From positions 13,392,001 through 13,456,000 of the forward strand of contig OX597816.1 of assembly GCA_951406725.2 (NCBI GenBank): 64,000 nucleotides of DNA, given 5' to 3'. The position numbers and the translations under genes were made by a program. This stretch comes from Octopus vulgaris (lineage: Eukaryota). The notes below the pieces were generated by a model, which had not been told where the DNA came from, did no database searches, and was given only the letters and a program-made list of their open reading frames with translations. Below are positions 12,061 through 24,482 of this stretch, in pieces. Every line of letters starts with the position of its first letter. Position 1 is the stretch's first letter.

Positions 12061-12255
12061 CTCCTATAAAGGTGATCTTGAAGTAGCGAACCACGAAACG
12101 TGGTTGAAATTACTTCCTATATATGTATGTTCCTCTTCACCGTCTCTCTTTCTGTCTCTCTCTCTATCCCCCTTCTTTCTCCTTTACTCGCTCTCGTTGC
12201 TCACTTGTGTCTTTGATCGAAAGCTGGCAGGAACTGGTAGCTTCTACCGTGTAGT

Positions 12256-12303
12256 CAGAACGAGGAAAGTGTCTCAGAACGAGGAAAGTGTCTCAGAACG
12301 AGG
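12256..12303 (+). repeat. 19-bp tandem repeat, about 2.5 copies
   Basis: TCAGAACGAGGAAAGTGTC repeated. Confidence 0.85.
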
Positions 12304-12641
12304 CTACTGTATCAAAGCGACCCTAGACGCCTCCTCGGTATATTTGTCTGCTGTGCAAGTCGATTCACATATTACTATGCAATATGTAGCTTTGCTATAT
12401 ATAACTTTGAGACCGTGCTCGGAATTTTGTCAGTGAACAGGTAACGGTCTCAGAGCGATGAAAATATTTTGACAAATTAAATTTAAATGTTGAAGTGAAT
12501 CTAACGCGTTTTGTGTGTTTCTTAAATGGCTTATAAACACCTTCCACACTGCAATTGTTTTCGTTCCACCACACGATCTCAGATCAAGTCACTTGCTATG
12601 CAAGTACATCTCCGTAATATATATATATATACATATACATA

Positions 12642-12704
<63 letters not shown>

Positions 12705-12710
12705 AATATA

Positions 12711-13119
12711 CGCAGGAGTGGCTGTGTGGTAAGTAGCTTGTTTACCAACCACATGGTTCCGGGTTCAGTCCCACTGCGTGGCACCTTGGCCAAGTGTCTT
12801 CTACTAAAGCCTCGGGCCGACCAAAGCCTTGTGAGTGGATTTGGTAGACGGAAACTGAAAGAAGCCCGTCGTATATATATATATATATACATATGTGTGT
12901 GTGTGTGTTCGTGTATCTGTGTTTGTCCCCCTAGCATTGCTTGACAACCGATGCTGGTGTGTTTATGTCCCCGTTACCTAGCGGTTCGGCAAAAGAGACC
13001 GATAGAATAAGTACTGGGCTTACTAAAGAATAAGTGCTGGGGGTCGAGATGCTCGATTAAAGGCGGTGCTCCAGCATGGCCGCAGTCAAATGACTGAAAC
13101 AAGTAAAAGAGTAAAAGAG
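12711..13119 (+). mobile_element. SINE family B, full length (tRNA-derived head, internal microsatellite, GAGTAAAA tail)
   Basis: A box GTGGCTGTGTGGT, B box GGTTCAGTCCC, CORE-like CCTTGGCCAAGTG, tail AAGTAAAAGAGTAAAAGAG. Confidence 0.92.
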
Positions 13120-13123
13120 GCAG

Positions 13124-13180
<57 letters not shown>

Positions 13181-13493
13181 ATAGTTATATATGTGTATGT
13201 ATATGTAAATGCACACACACGCATATACGCTAACACACAGAGAGGCGCAGAGTCATGAGTAGAGCAAAAGTTGTTATTCATTCCCGTTCATTCTTACAAG
13301 AGCCATAAATCACTGCAACATACAGGCTTCAGGCACTTAGCAAACAGATGATATCTGTTGAGACAAGTATTACTTTAACTCTATATTTGTTACAGTTATC
13401 GTAGCCATCGACGTTCGTGTTCAACCCTAGGTCAGCCCGGATCGAGGAGGCAATGTTTCGTTTCTATTTTGGGTTTTGCTTTGCATTTTTCAT

Positions 13494-13680
13494 GCATACA
13501 TACATACATACATACACATACATACATACATACATACACATATATACATACACACACACGCACGCACATACATACATACATACATGCATGCATACATACA
13601 TACATACATACATACATACATACATACATACATACATACATACATACATACATACATACATACATACATACATGTATGCA
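13494..13680 (+). repeat. (CATA)n microsatellite
   Basis: Direct reading. Confidence 0.95.
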
Positions 13681-13683
13681 TGT

Positions 13684-13850
13684 ACGACGGGCTTCTTTCG
13701 GTTTCTGCCTAGCAAATCCACTGAAAAGGTTTTGAGTTGGGCCGAGGCTACAGTAGAAAATATTTGCCTAAGGTGTCACGCAATAGGACTGAACCGGGAA
13801 CCATGTGATTGGGAAGTAAGCTTCTTCCCGCACAGCCAGGCCCTCGCCTA
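13684..13850 (-). mobile_element. SINE family B, 5' half
   Basis: Homology to 12711-12870. Confidence 0.8.
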
Positions 13851-14064
13851 TGTATACCCAAATACCTTACTGAAGTTAGGTATAGGTGATTAGTTTACAA
13901 ATTCGCTTAATAAACATTAAGTGCCATATTCGATCACACGTCATAGTAATTTGGGCAAGATTTATTTCCTATATCTTCGTTCCATCCATGACCAACCAGC
14001 GAAACTTTATACATGCATTTACGGAATACCTATTTACATATATGCATCTAATAACCGTTTAGTT

Positions 14065-14413
14065 CAGTGTTTTTCAACTGGGGTCCACATGGCCCCTGAA
14101 GGTCCATGTAAGATTTTTGGGGTCCACGCAAAAAATTAGTAAATTAGGGTCCACTATAGTATTTGAAGGGTCCCTAAAAACAGTTTGCTTTCGATGTATG
14201 TATTGGTATGTCTTGCAAGAAACATCTAGGTTTCTTTCTTTGACGTTTTACTTAGTTCAATCTACACAGGTAAACAGGTGAAAAGTAAAATAGGGATTTT
14301 GAAAGAAGTTTCTATAAAACTAGTTTTCAAACATCGAATGGCCACGGAGGGCCATCAGAACAAAGTAGTGATCAAAGAAGTCCATAGGTAAAAAAAATGG
14401 TTGCGGATCTCTG
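14065..14413. mobile_element. hAT (Charlie/Buster-type) MITE
   Basis: Ends CAGTGTTTTTCAAC and GTTGCGGATCTCTG; perfect 8-bp TA-centred TSD GTTTAGTT; internal GGGGTCCA motifs. Confidence 0.85.
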
Positions 14414-14448
14414 GTTTAGTTAAATGAATATTTCAAACATGCGTCGCG

Positions 14449-14814
14449 GAAAATGACGAAGATCCATTTAGTTTTTCCTTAAAATAGTTTTCAAAGACGA
14501 ATGCTACAACCTAAGACGTATTCGAGGCGAAAGTTGATTTCTTTTGCTTTTTTCTTTTTTTTACAAGGTGAAACTGGTGTTTAGTAGCAGTGGAAGAGTA
14601 ATTAGCATATTTATAGTTATACTGGAGCACCGCCGTCAAGAATTTTTAGACGAACGGATCGACCTGATTTTTCTCTTCTTTTTCTTCTTCTTTGTAAGCC
14701 TGGTACTTACTCTATCGGTTTATTTTGCCAATCCGGGATGTCACAGGGACGTAAACACAACAACACCGGTTGTTAAGCGGTGGTGAGGGAAAACGAAGGC
14801 ACAAACACACAGAC

Positions 14815-14859
<45 letters not shown>

Positions 14860-15563
14860 TGTGTGCGCGTGTTTGTGTGTGTGCGTGTTTGTGTGTGTGT
14901 GTGCGTGTGTGTGTGTGTGTGCGTGTGTATAACGAGTCAACGCCCAGGACTTATTCTTTGTAAGCCTAGTACTTCTATCGGTCTATTTTGCCGAACCGTT
15001 AAGCTACGTGGACGTAAACACATCAACATCGGTTGTCAATCGATGGTGAGGAATAAACACAAGCTTCTTTCAATTTCTGTCTACCAAATCCACTCACTAG
15101 GCCTTGGTCGGCCCGAGGCTATAGTAGAAGACACTTACCCAAGGTGCCACGCAGTGGGGCTGAACTTGCGGAACCGTATAGTTGGAAACTGACGAAGATC
15201 CATTTAGTTTTTCCTTAAAATAGTTTTCAAAGATGAATGCTACAAACTAAGACGTATTCGAATCGAAGGTTGATTTCTTTTGCTTTTTTTTTTTGCTTTT
15301 TTTTTTTTTGTCGCCCCGGGGCTATAGTAGAAGACATCTGCCAAAAGTGTCACGCAGTGGGACTGAACCCGCGGAGCCATATAGTTGGAAACTGACGAAG
15401 ATCCATTTAGTTTTTCCTTAAAATAGTTTTCAAAGACAAATGCTACAATCTAAGACTTATTCGAAGCGAAGGTTGATTTCTTTTTTTTTTTTTTTGATTT
15501 TCTTTCACAAGGTGAAACTGGTGTTTAGTAGCAGTGAAAGAGTAATTAGCATATTTATAGTTA
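14449..15563 (+). repeat. Local direct duplication: three copies of a 110-172 bp unit separated by minus-strand SINE B pieces
   Basis: GACGAAGATCCATTTAGTTTTTCCTTAAAATAG starts units at about 14449, 15185 and 15388; SINE B remnants at 14621-15180 and 15312-15380. Confidence 0.85.
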
Positions 15564-15784
15564 TCCAATATACGTTAAATATTGAGAACACAGAAATCCA
15601 AAGTCGTGATGCTGATCAGTGACATTATCGAACGTCAACAATATTGCTAAGATATCACAGTACAATAATCGATTTGGAATGCTTGGTTGGAAAAAAAATA
15701 AAAATAAAAATAAAAATATTCACTCTCTCTAATTTCCATGACAACTGAAATCCTGCAAGCATTAAAAGCAAAAATTTTCTTCTG

Positions 15785-15952
15785 CGAAGAACGAATTCAG
15801 GAAGTATGTGTAGGTGTCTGGAGATTTTTATTTGATTCTATGTGAAGAACTCATTCAGGAAGCATATGTGGGCGTTTGAAGATTTTATTTGATTCTGAGA
15901 GAAAAACGCGTTCAAGAAGAATATGTGTGGGTGTTTGAAGATCTCATTTGAA
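15785..15952 (+). repeat. Minisatellite, three diverged units of about 58 bp
   Basis: GAAGAAC..ATTCAGGAAG.ATATGTG.GTGT.TGAAGATTTTATTTGATTCT repeated. Confidence 0.75.
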
Positions 15953-16224
15953 ATGATGATGCAGGGATTTCAAGAATCAAGCTCTTGATGTGTTCCAAAC
16001 TATTTTTAGTAAACTACTCTAATTCCTATGTTGTCGTTAATAACACCTTGATACGACATTTCCTCAAGGTGTCAAATTAAATCGAGTTTACTAAAATTCG
16101 GTTAAGTTTAAAGTTATAGTTGTACAACTGTGAGGTTAGTTCAATGCAAATATATATACTTTTTCCAGTGACGAAAAGTTACTGATCTCGAACAAGTGGA
16201 AACAAGCAATAAGTATATATATCT

Positions 16225-16512
16225 GAATTGAGAACCACTTTCCATCACCAACCGGTGGTCGTCACACGCTGATGACGGGTCAATACCCAGAAATTCGGGT
16301 CCGTGTGTATCACGTCAGGCTGGAAATGGGAACGATGACTTCACTTTGCAAATACTGATAGGGCACAGAAACTGTGTCAATAGCCAACTGGAGGAGATGT
16401 CTTCCTGGGACTACATGCTACAGTAGCCTCATCCCTTAAGATTCAGCCACATTTAGGTGGCAGATATACTTCACGATGTCGTACTGCTACTGTTTACATC
16501 TCGCTCAGAGAT
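16225..16512 (+). mobile_element. Hammerhead-bearing short repeat (Penelope pLTR/retrozyme-like), copy 1
   Basis: About 255 bp collinear with 19545-19795; starts after (TA)n. Confidence 0.7.
16239..16332 (+). ncRNA. Minimal type I hammerhead ribozyme
   Basis: CACACG-CTGATGA-C-GGGT-CAAT-ACCC-A-GAAA-TTCGGG-TC-CGTGTG; GUC site at 16299-16301; stem I extends with bulges to TTCCAT/ATGGGAA. Confidence 0.75.
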
Positions 16513-16524
16513 TCAATATATATT

Positions 16525-16869
16525 GCTGCTAAGACCCCCTTCGGTCATGACTGACCATGGGATTGCACCTAGAAAGTTACCCTTCCAGGCACAGGTCCGA
16601 GCAAGGTTGTTTTATGGAAGACCAGCAGTCGCCCATGCATACAGGCCTCCCCTCTCCACGCCACCGCTGTTATCCAACGGAAAGGCAAAGTGGCCGATTC
16701 GGCTTGGCACCAATGACGTCGCAACTCATTTCTACAGCTGAGTGAACTGGAGCAACGTTAAATAAAGTGTCTTGCTCAAGAACACAACAGGCAGCCCGGT
16801 CCAGGATTCAAACTCACAACCTCGCGATCGTAAGCTCGACGCTCTAACTACTGAGACATACAACTTCAC
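16525..16869 (-). mobile_element. SINE family E (tRNA-derived head with CORE-like GTTCTTGAGCAAGACACTT)
   Basis: Minus strand has CTCAGTAGTTAGAGCG, GAGTTTGAATCC, then a CORE-like box and a unique tail. Confidence 0.8.
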
Positions 16870-16879
16870 TACATATATA

Positions 16880-17275
16880 CTAGCAGTATCGCCCGGCGTT
16901 GCTCGGGTTTGTAAGGGAAATAACTATATAAGCATTTTTAGAGATGTAAAGTATAATACCCATCTCAATATGGCTAACCACAAAGTGGTGGGCGGGTTAC
17001 TGTAGCTTTTTACGTTCTGAGATTTAATAATAAATTTTTAAAGAGTTACTTCCCTTATATATGCCAAAAATGCATTAAAAATGGGAAAAATTGATGGTAA
17101 TTTTTTTAAATCGTAGACTCATTGTAGACGCGCGCTAATACCCAGAAGGGCTCGATATGAATCCCGACTATAAGATACCCGGTTTTGGTTAAACTGCACC
17201 GCAAAATGTGGGAGTAGTTAGGAATCTAAATCGTAGGAGACAGACAGCACACAACCTCACTTTTATATATAAAGA
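16880..17275 (-). mobile_element. Non-autonomous Helitron
   Basis: Minus strand 5' A|TCTTTATATATAAAAG with CTGTCTGTCT; 3' hairpin CCCGAGCAACGCCGGG then CTAG|T; inserted between A and T with no TSD. Confidence 0.85.
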
Positions 17276-18045
17276 TATATATAATGCATCCATGAATATG
17301 CACAGCAACGGAGATATATGCATGTACGTGCACATACATATCCTTCTACATCTTTTTATAATGCCACAACACTCTCAAACAAAATCCCTCATTAAGCAAA
17401 CATATGAAATATAAAAATATTGCACCAAACCTTACCATTTAAAAAGGCTTATTCATCAAATAGATGTTTTGCTTTAAGATTATCCAGTACGAGTTATTAT
17501 GCAAAATAGATGGAGGAAGTTTGAATAGTATATATGAGATAAAATTAAAATTAATAGGAATACAAAACTATGAATATATCATTTAAGAAATTGCTTGGTG
17601 TAGGAGAAGTGAGGCGATAAATTTACGTTTAAAATGTTTAAAGAGCGTGATTAATGGCGACTAAATCTATAGGGCAGAAAAAAAGAGATGGAAAATAATG
17701 TTTCGGAAATATGTTTGGACAAACATAAGATACACGTGTGTGTGTGCAAGTGTGTATGTTTATGTGTGTATGCATGTGAGTGTGTGTGTGTATGTGTATG
17801 TATGTATGTATGTATGTATGTATGTATACGAGAGCACACACGCACACACACATATATGTATATACACACAGAAAGGTAGTTGTATAGCACGAGAGGTGTT
17901 TAAGTAAGCAGAAGCGCACGACACATGCGTAGATTTGACTGTGAACAACCGACACATACTAAACGCGAACGCACATGAATTTATACATACATATCTAAAT
18001 ACACATACATATTCACATACGCTCTTAGATGCATACGAGCATGAC

Positions 18046-18160
<115 letters not shown>

Positions 18161-18220
18161 TATACATATATCACTCTTGGCATGTATACATAGAATACAT
18201 GAACATAATTATTCTTTCAA

Positions 18221-18255
<35 letters not shown>

Positions 18256-18271
18256 AATGAAATTCGATAAC

Positions 18272-18625
18272 TGGCATCCGTGTTAGTGGTGCGCTTATAG
18301 CACCATCCGAGCGTGATCGTTACCAGCGTCGCCTTACTGACACTTATGCTGCTGGACTGGCTCCTGTGCAGATGGCACGTAAAAAACACCATTTGAGCGT
18401 GGTAGTTGCTAGTACCGCCTGACTGGCCCACGTGCTGGTGGCACGTAAAAGCAACCACTACACTCTCAGAGTGGTTGGCGTTAGGAAGGGGATCCAGCTG
18501 TAGAAACTCTGTCAGCTCAGATTGAAGCCTGGTGCATCCATCTAGTTCGCCAATACTCAGTCAAATCGTCTAACCCATGCCAGCATGGAAAGCGGACGTT
18601 AAACGAAGATGCCGATAATGATGAT
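18272..18625 (+). mobile_element. SINE family D, 3' portion with internal tandem modules and RTE-like (GAT)n end
   Basis: Repeated TGGCACGTAAAA..CACC modules, GGCGTTAGGAAGGG.ATCCAGCTGTAGAAA, ends GGAAAGCGGACGTTAAACGA..GATGAT. Confidence 0.7.
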
Positions 18626-18662
18626 ACAGAGAGGGAGAGAGAGAGAGAGTGAAATGGAGAAC

Positions 18663-19098
<436 letters not shown>

Positions 19099-19458
19099 AG
19101 ATTGATACACATATATATACACGCAAGTGTACAAGTGTACATGTTGCCTATATATACATCTATATGCAAATATATATGCACACACATATACACACACACG
19201 AACACACACACATACATACTCACAAGTTGTGTTTACCTTACTTAAAAAAACTTCAATTCTTCTCTGTAGAGAGAAAAGTTTATGTACTGATAAAATATAT
19301 ATGTCTACATTAGCAGAAAAGAAAACTTATACATCTATTAATACACAGGAGCGTGGGTACAAAAACCCTCAGGAATAATTAAAAAAAAATGAAGGTTATG
19401 CACATATAGACTTCCGTGCATACGTAAAGATGCTGCGAATGGAAATGACTACACACAC

Positions 19459-19795
19459 GTCGTGCAGCTACTGTTTATACCTCGCTCAGGGAGTTATTAT
19501 TGCTTGTTACACTTTTTCGAAAAAAGTATATATATATATATTTGCATTGAGAACCACTTCCCATTGCCAACCGGTGGTTGTCACACACTGATGACGCGTC
19601 AATACCCAGAAACTCGGGTCCGTGTGTATCACGTCAGGCTGGAGATGGGAAGGATGACTTCCCTTTGCAAATACTGATGGTGCACAGAACTTGCGTCAAC
19701 AGCCAGCTGGAGGAGATGTCTTCCTCGGGCTACAAGCTATAGTAGCATTAACCCTTAAGGGTTAGCCACATTTTGGTAGTAAATATACTGCACGA
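19459..19795 (+). mobile_element. Hammerhead-bearing short repeat, copy 2, preceded by a fragment of the family's downstream part
   Basis: 19545-19795 matches 16225-16478; 19459-19492 matches 16478-16512. Confidence 0.7.
19557..19652 (+). ncRNA. Minimal type I hammerhead ribozyme (two stem mismatches)
   Basis: CACACA-CTGATGA-C-GCGT-CAAT-ACCC-A-GAAA-C-TCGG-G-TC-CGTGTG; closing helix CTTCCCAT/ATGGGAAG. Confidence 0.7.
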
Positions 19796-19836
19796 TATAC
19801 ACATATATATATATACACACACACATATATATATAT

Positions 19837-19910
<74 letters not shown>

Positions 19911-20030
19911 TCATTAGATCATCAATCAGAAAGAGAATCACACTCTAAGTTATTGAGCTGTAAAGTATTTATGAACGGTCCACAGATTTACCCAGGGTTT
20001 TGTGCCCTTAAAGAGTCTAACTACATGCCT

Positions 20031-21779
20031 GCTGTATATATAATTGTGTAATGGTGTCTGTCTGTCTGTCTGTGTTTTGGGATTACTCTAACTTCTCCCA
20101 CACCGTCCAACCGATTTTAATGGTTTTTGGCACATAGGTAGATCACATGCCCTGAAGATCGAAGTTCAAATAAGGCCAGAATTTTTCGAAAATTCGATAA
20201 TGCTTATTTGGCATCGATTTCTGTGAGCTCAATCTGGCGTTTGAATGGAAATCCCCATAACGATGTTATTTTTCCTGCAGTTTTTACATTTTTTTGTCCG
20301 ATTTTGTTGAAAATCGTTGTGTGATGCAGGTTCATGTCAATGACTTGATGTCAGTATATGGCGTTGACAATTAGTTGATAATTGCGCCTGAGCAGTGATT
20401 TTATAAAACCAATAGGCTTTTCGCGCGTGCAAATACCCATAGGAATTTAATTTTTAGCCGTAACTTTTATATTTTATTCGATTTTAATGAAATTTGAGAT
20501 GTAGGTAAATTTTGTGGTGTGGGAGTCGGTAAAGATGCTTATTTAATTCAAAAGGGCTTGGAAAAGGCACAAATGCAAATAAGCATTTCCTTAGAGACTT
20601 TCTTATCAATTTTGTAGAAATTTTGCACGTTATTACAGTTCGTATCCATTAGTTGATGTCAGCCTGAAGAGTTGACAAAAAATCGATAATCGCGCGTGAG
20701 CAGGGGATTTTAGGAAATCAATAGGCTCTTCGTATGCAGTTACCCATAGGATTAATATTTTATGCTGTAAATTTTACAGAATTCATCCGATTTTGATGAA
20801 ATTTGTCATTTTGGTAAAGTTTATGGTCGGAGCGATGTAGTAGAATTAAAATTAAACTGGTGAAAAGCAGAAATCGTCAAAATTCACTCACAATAAATAA
20901 TGAACTGATTTTGCAGAAAATTGACACCAGGAGTGGCTGTGTGGTAAGTAGCTTGCTAACCAATCACATGGTTCCGGGTTCAGTCCCACTGCGTGGCATC
21001 TTGGGCAAGTGTCTTCTGCTATAGCCCCGGGCCGACCAATGCCTTGCGAGTGGATTTGGTAGACGGAAACAGAAAGAAGCCTGTCGTATATATATATATA
21101 TATATAAGTGTGTGTGTATATGTTTGTGTGTCTGTGTTTGTCCCCCTAGCATTGTTTGACAACCGATGCTGGTGTGTTTACGTCCCCGTTAACTAGCGGT
21201 TCGGCAAAAGAGACCGATTGAATAAGTACCAGGCTTACAAAGAATAAGTCCCGGGGTCGATTTGCTCGACTAAAGGCGGTGCTCCAGCATGGCTGCAGTC
21301 AAATGACTGAAACAAGTAAAAGAGTAAAGAGTAAAAGAGTAAAGAGTAAAATTAAGCACTTCGACATATGAAACATTGGTTATTCATATAAATGTATTGG
21401 GATTTAAACGTCAATGAAATATTTTCATGTAAACGGTCATATGGATTCTATTTTATGACATTACCTTAACACTTTTCTTCGGATTTTGCTGAGATTGGAC
21501 ACGCTGATCAATTTTGTACAGGGGATGGCAATAAGGAGATAGAAATAAACAAACATCACTCTCAACAGGTCGAGGTACACCCAAAAGTTTAACTGTGACT
21601 TCAGACGGTTCAATATGTAAGAGTATGTCGAAAGCATTAACCAGGTAAAATCCCTGCCAAACCAGATATAACATCTTAATGGGTAATAGTTGGCACGGGT
21701 AACATAAAAGATTTCAATACAAGGTCAGGAGTGGGCTTAACTTCAACACGGAAAACACGAGCAACACATAGTCCAACAG

Positions 21780-21783
<4 letters not shown>
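20031..21783 (+). mobile_element. Old Helitron-type non-autonomous element with internal diverged tandem repeat (about 310 bp), interrupted by SINE B
   Basis: 5' CTGTATATATAA then (CTGT)n and CCGATTTT.ATGAAATTTG motifs; degenerate 3' end CACGAGCAACACATAG..CAGCTA resembling the end of the 16880 Helitron. Confidence 0.5.
20929..21350 (+). mobile_element. SINE family B, full length
   Basis: Homology to 12711-13119; repeated GAGTAAA tail. Confidence 0.92.
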
Positions 21784-21830
<47 letters not shown>

Positions 21831-22055
21831 TAGATAGATAGATGAGTGTATTTTTACCTTGTTAACAATTAACACGGAAAAAATAAATAAATAGTTACCA
21901 GGGCAGCAAAAATCTCACAAGTAAAGGTGTTGTAACTCCTTCTTTATAAAGGTAGAAACTTCGTGTTTACGTTGAATATTTTGAATAATATGAATAAAAA
22001 AATGGATTTAACGCAGGTGCAATTAAATATTTTTACTTTCGACACGTGGTACAAA

Positions 22056-22057
<2 letters not shown>

Positions 22058-22099
<42 letters not shown>

Positions 22100-22301
22100 T
22101 AAAAAAATGGAGTTAACGCAGGTGTAATCAAATATTTTTACTTTCGACACGTTTCGAAAATTCCACTGATACTATTCAAAAGAATAAATGGTATAAACAA
22201 TTGTTTATACCATTTATTCTTTTGAATAGTATCAGTGGAATTTTCGAAACGTGTCGAAAGTAAAAATATTTGATTACACCTGCGTTAACTCCATTTTTTT
22301 A

Positions 22302-22343
<42 letters not shown>
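22058..22343. repeat. Perfect spacerless palindrome (104-bp unique arms plus (TA)n)
   Basis: Centre AAACAA|TTGTTT at 22200/22201; a partial direct copy of the left arm lies at 21988-22047. Confidence 0.95.
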
Positions 22344-22370
<27 letters not shown>

Positions 22371-22518
22371 TTTGATGGGGGTTAATTCACAGGAGATCTA
22401 AACGATTATGTACGCTAGGTAAGTGGTGAAACGGAGTACTGGAGCTCCAAAGATATAGCCGAGACAGATTTCCGATTTATATGTGAGAGAGAGAGAGAGT
22501 GTGTGTGTGGATGGGTGT

Positions 22519-22571
<53 letters not shown>

Positions 22572-22580
22572 CAGCCACAC

Positions 22581-22581
<1 letters not shown>

Positions 22582-22632
<51 letters not shown>
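22582..22632 (+). repeat. (AAT)n microsatellite
   Basis: Direct reading. Confidence 0.95.
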
Positions 22633-23160
22633 CCCTATATGATTGCTTGTACGTGTGTGCGTGTGTGTGTGTGTCTGTGTGTCTGTGCGCGCGCGCGTGC
22701 TTTTATTTAAGTGTTCTATTTACATCGCTCCACCGCGCATTTTACCATTTTATCTTCATTTCTCCCTTCAAGTTTCTTTCCGTTCGTTTTCATTTCCATT
22801 TGAAATGTTTTAACATGAATTTATGGCTACACTTCCGCTGTACTAAACAATTTGTTAACTGACAAATTTATAGGTTTATACCACGGTTAATTTTAATATT
22901 GTCTACTTGAGTTAAACACATCTGTTTTATATAATGATTCCTACTAAATAATGTCGAAGCAAGACAATTTCTTGGATAAATTTTACCTTTGAAAATGTAA
23001 TTTCAAATCGAGGACTTACCTGTTATGGTCTACTTCTGAATTGACTCCATAATGGAGCATTTCTGTGTGTATGTTTATGTGTCCGTATGTGTGTGTGTTT
23101 GTGTGCCTGTGTGTGCTTGCATGCCTGTGTGTCTGTGTGTGAGGTGTATCTATGTGAGTG

Positions 23161-23244
<84 letters not shown>

Positions 23245-24126
23245 CAGACGGATACATATATATTTATATATATACAGAAATATACACCTACAAATATATA
23301 CACACACACACAAACATCCTCATACACATATAGACACACATACATACACATATATATATGTATACATGTGTGTATGTACTTATATAGACTCACACACATA
23401 TACATACACACACAAACACATATATATCAAGAGAGATAGATAGAGAGAGTAAGATACGGAGAGAGAGTGAAAGAGAGATAGAGGGATAGATATATACATG
23501 GATGTGTGCTAGTGTGTATATGTGTTTTTTAGTGTGAGTTTGTATGAATGCATATATGTTTGGGTATGTATGAACTCCCTGCCGGACCAAAAGCAAAGCA
23601 TTCAAAAACAAAAAATGGCGTGAATCCTTCGTGAACAAGAATCATCCATTTCAACTGCTTCGATCTCCAAAATGGCTGCCTCCGCTTGAACAGCCATGTC
23701 GGTCGCTTCCGGGTAATGGTCTTTTAATTACGATGCGCTCGCCCTGGTTTTGATTGAGTGGCCTCGGAAGGTTAAGGCTTTTTATTCACAACTTCCCATG
23801 AGTGATTTTTATCTTTAATTTTATTTTCAGATAGATTTTCGAGGAATGGCGATAGATCCGTGTTCGCCACTACGTTCACTATAAACATTTTCTTCAACGC
23901 AAGTATTTCATTATTAGCTCTCTGAACAACAAGCATGAGCCCATTTCTTTCAGTTCACTTAAGTGATTGGCGGCTGATGGAAATATATCGGTTTTTCATC
24001 CATGAAGATTCATGATCGACGCATGCCATGATTCAAACATTTTTTCAAACGACAGTACAATGCTCATTGTCAAGTCGTTCGAATAAAATACTTCAAGTCT
24101 GTGCCCCATGCTTAAATGTACAGTAA

Positions 24127-24206
<80 letters not shown>

Positions 24207-24311
24207 AAATTTAATCCAAACATGAAAACACAAAGAGAAAACACAACAACGCGAGGACGTAGAACAAATATAGTATTATTGGACGTTCATGAAAGAAGGG
24301 AAGAAGAAGGA

Positions 24312-24346
24312 TTTTTACGTTTCGAGCGGAGCTCTTCGTCAGAAAC
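24312..24346 (-). ncRNA. Minimal hammerhead motif in a Penelope pLTR-like repeat (about 24205-24402)
   Basis: Minus strand TTT-CTGACGA-A-GAGC-TCC-GCTC-GAAA-CG-TA-AAA; palindromic ACGT replaces stem III. Confidence 0.6.
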
Positions 24347-24401
24347 ATAGGAAAAGGAAAAATCCAGAGAAGGGAAGAAGGACGAAAAAAAATCGCCAAC
24401 G

Positions 24402-24482
<81 letters not shown>

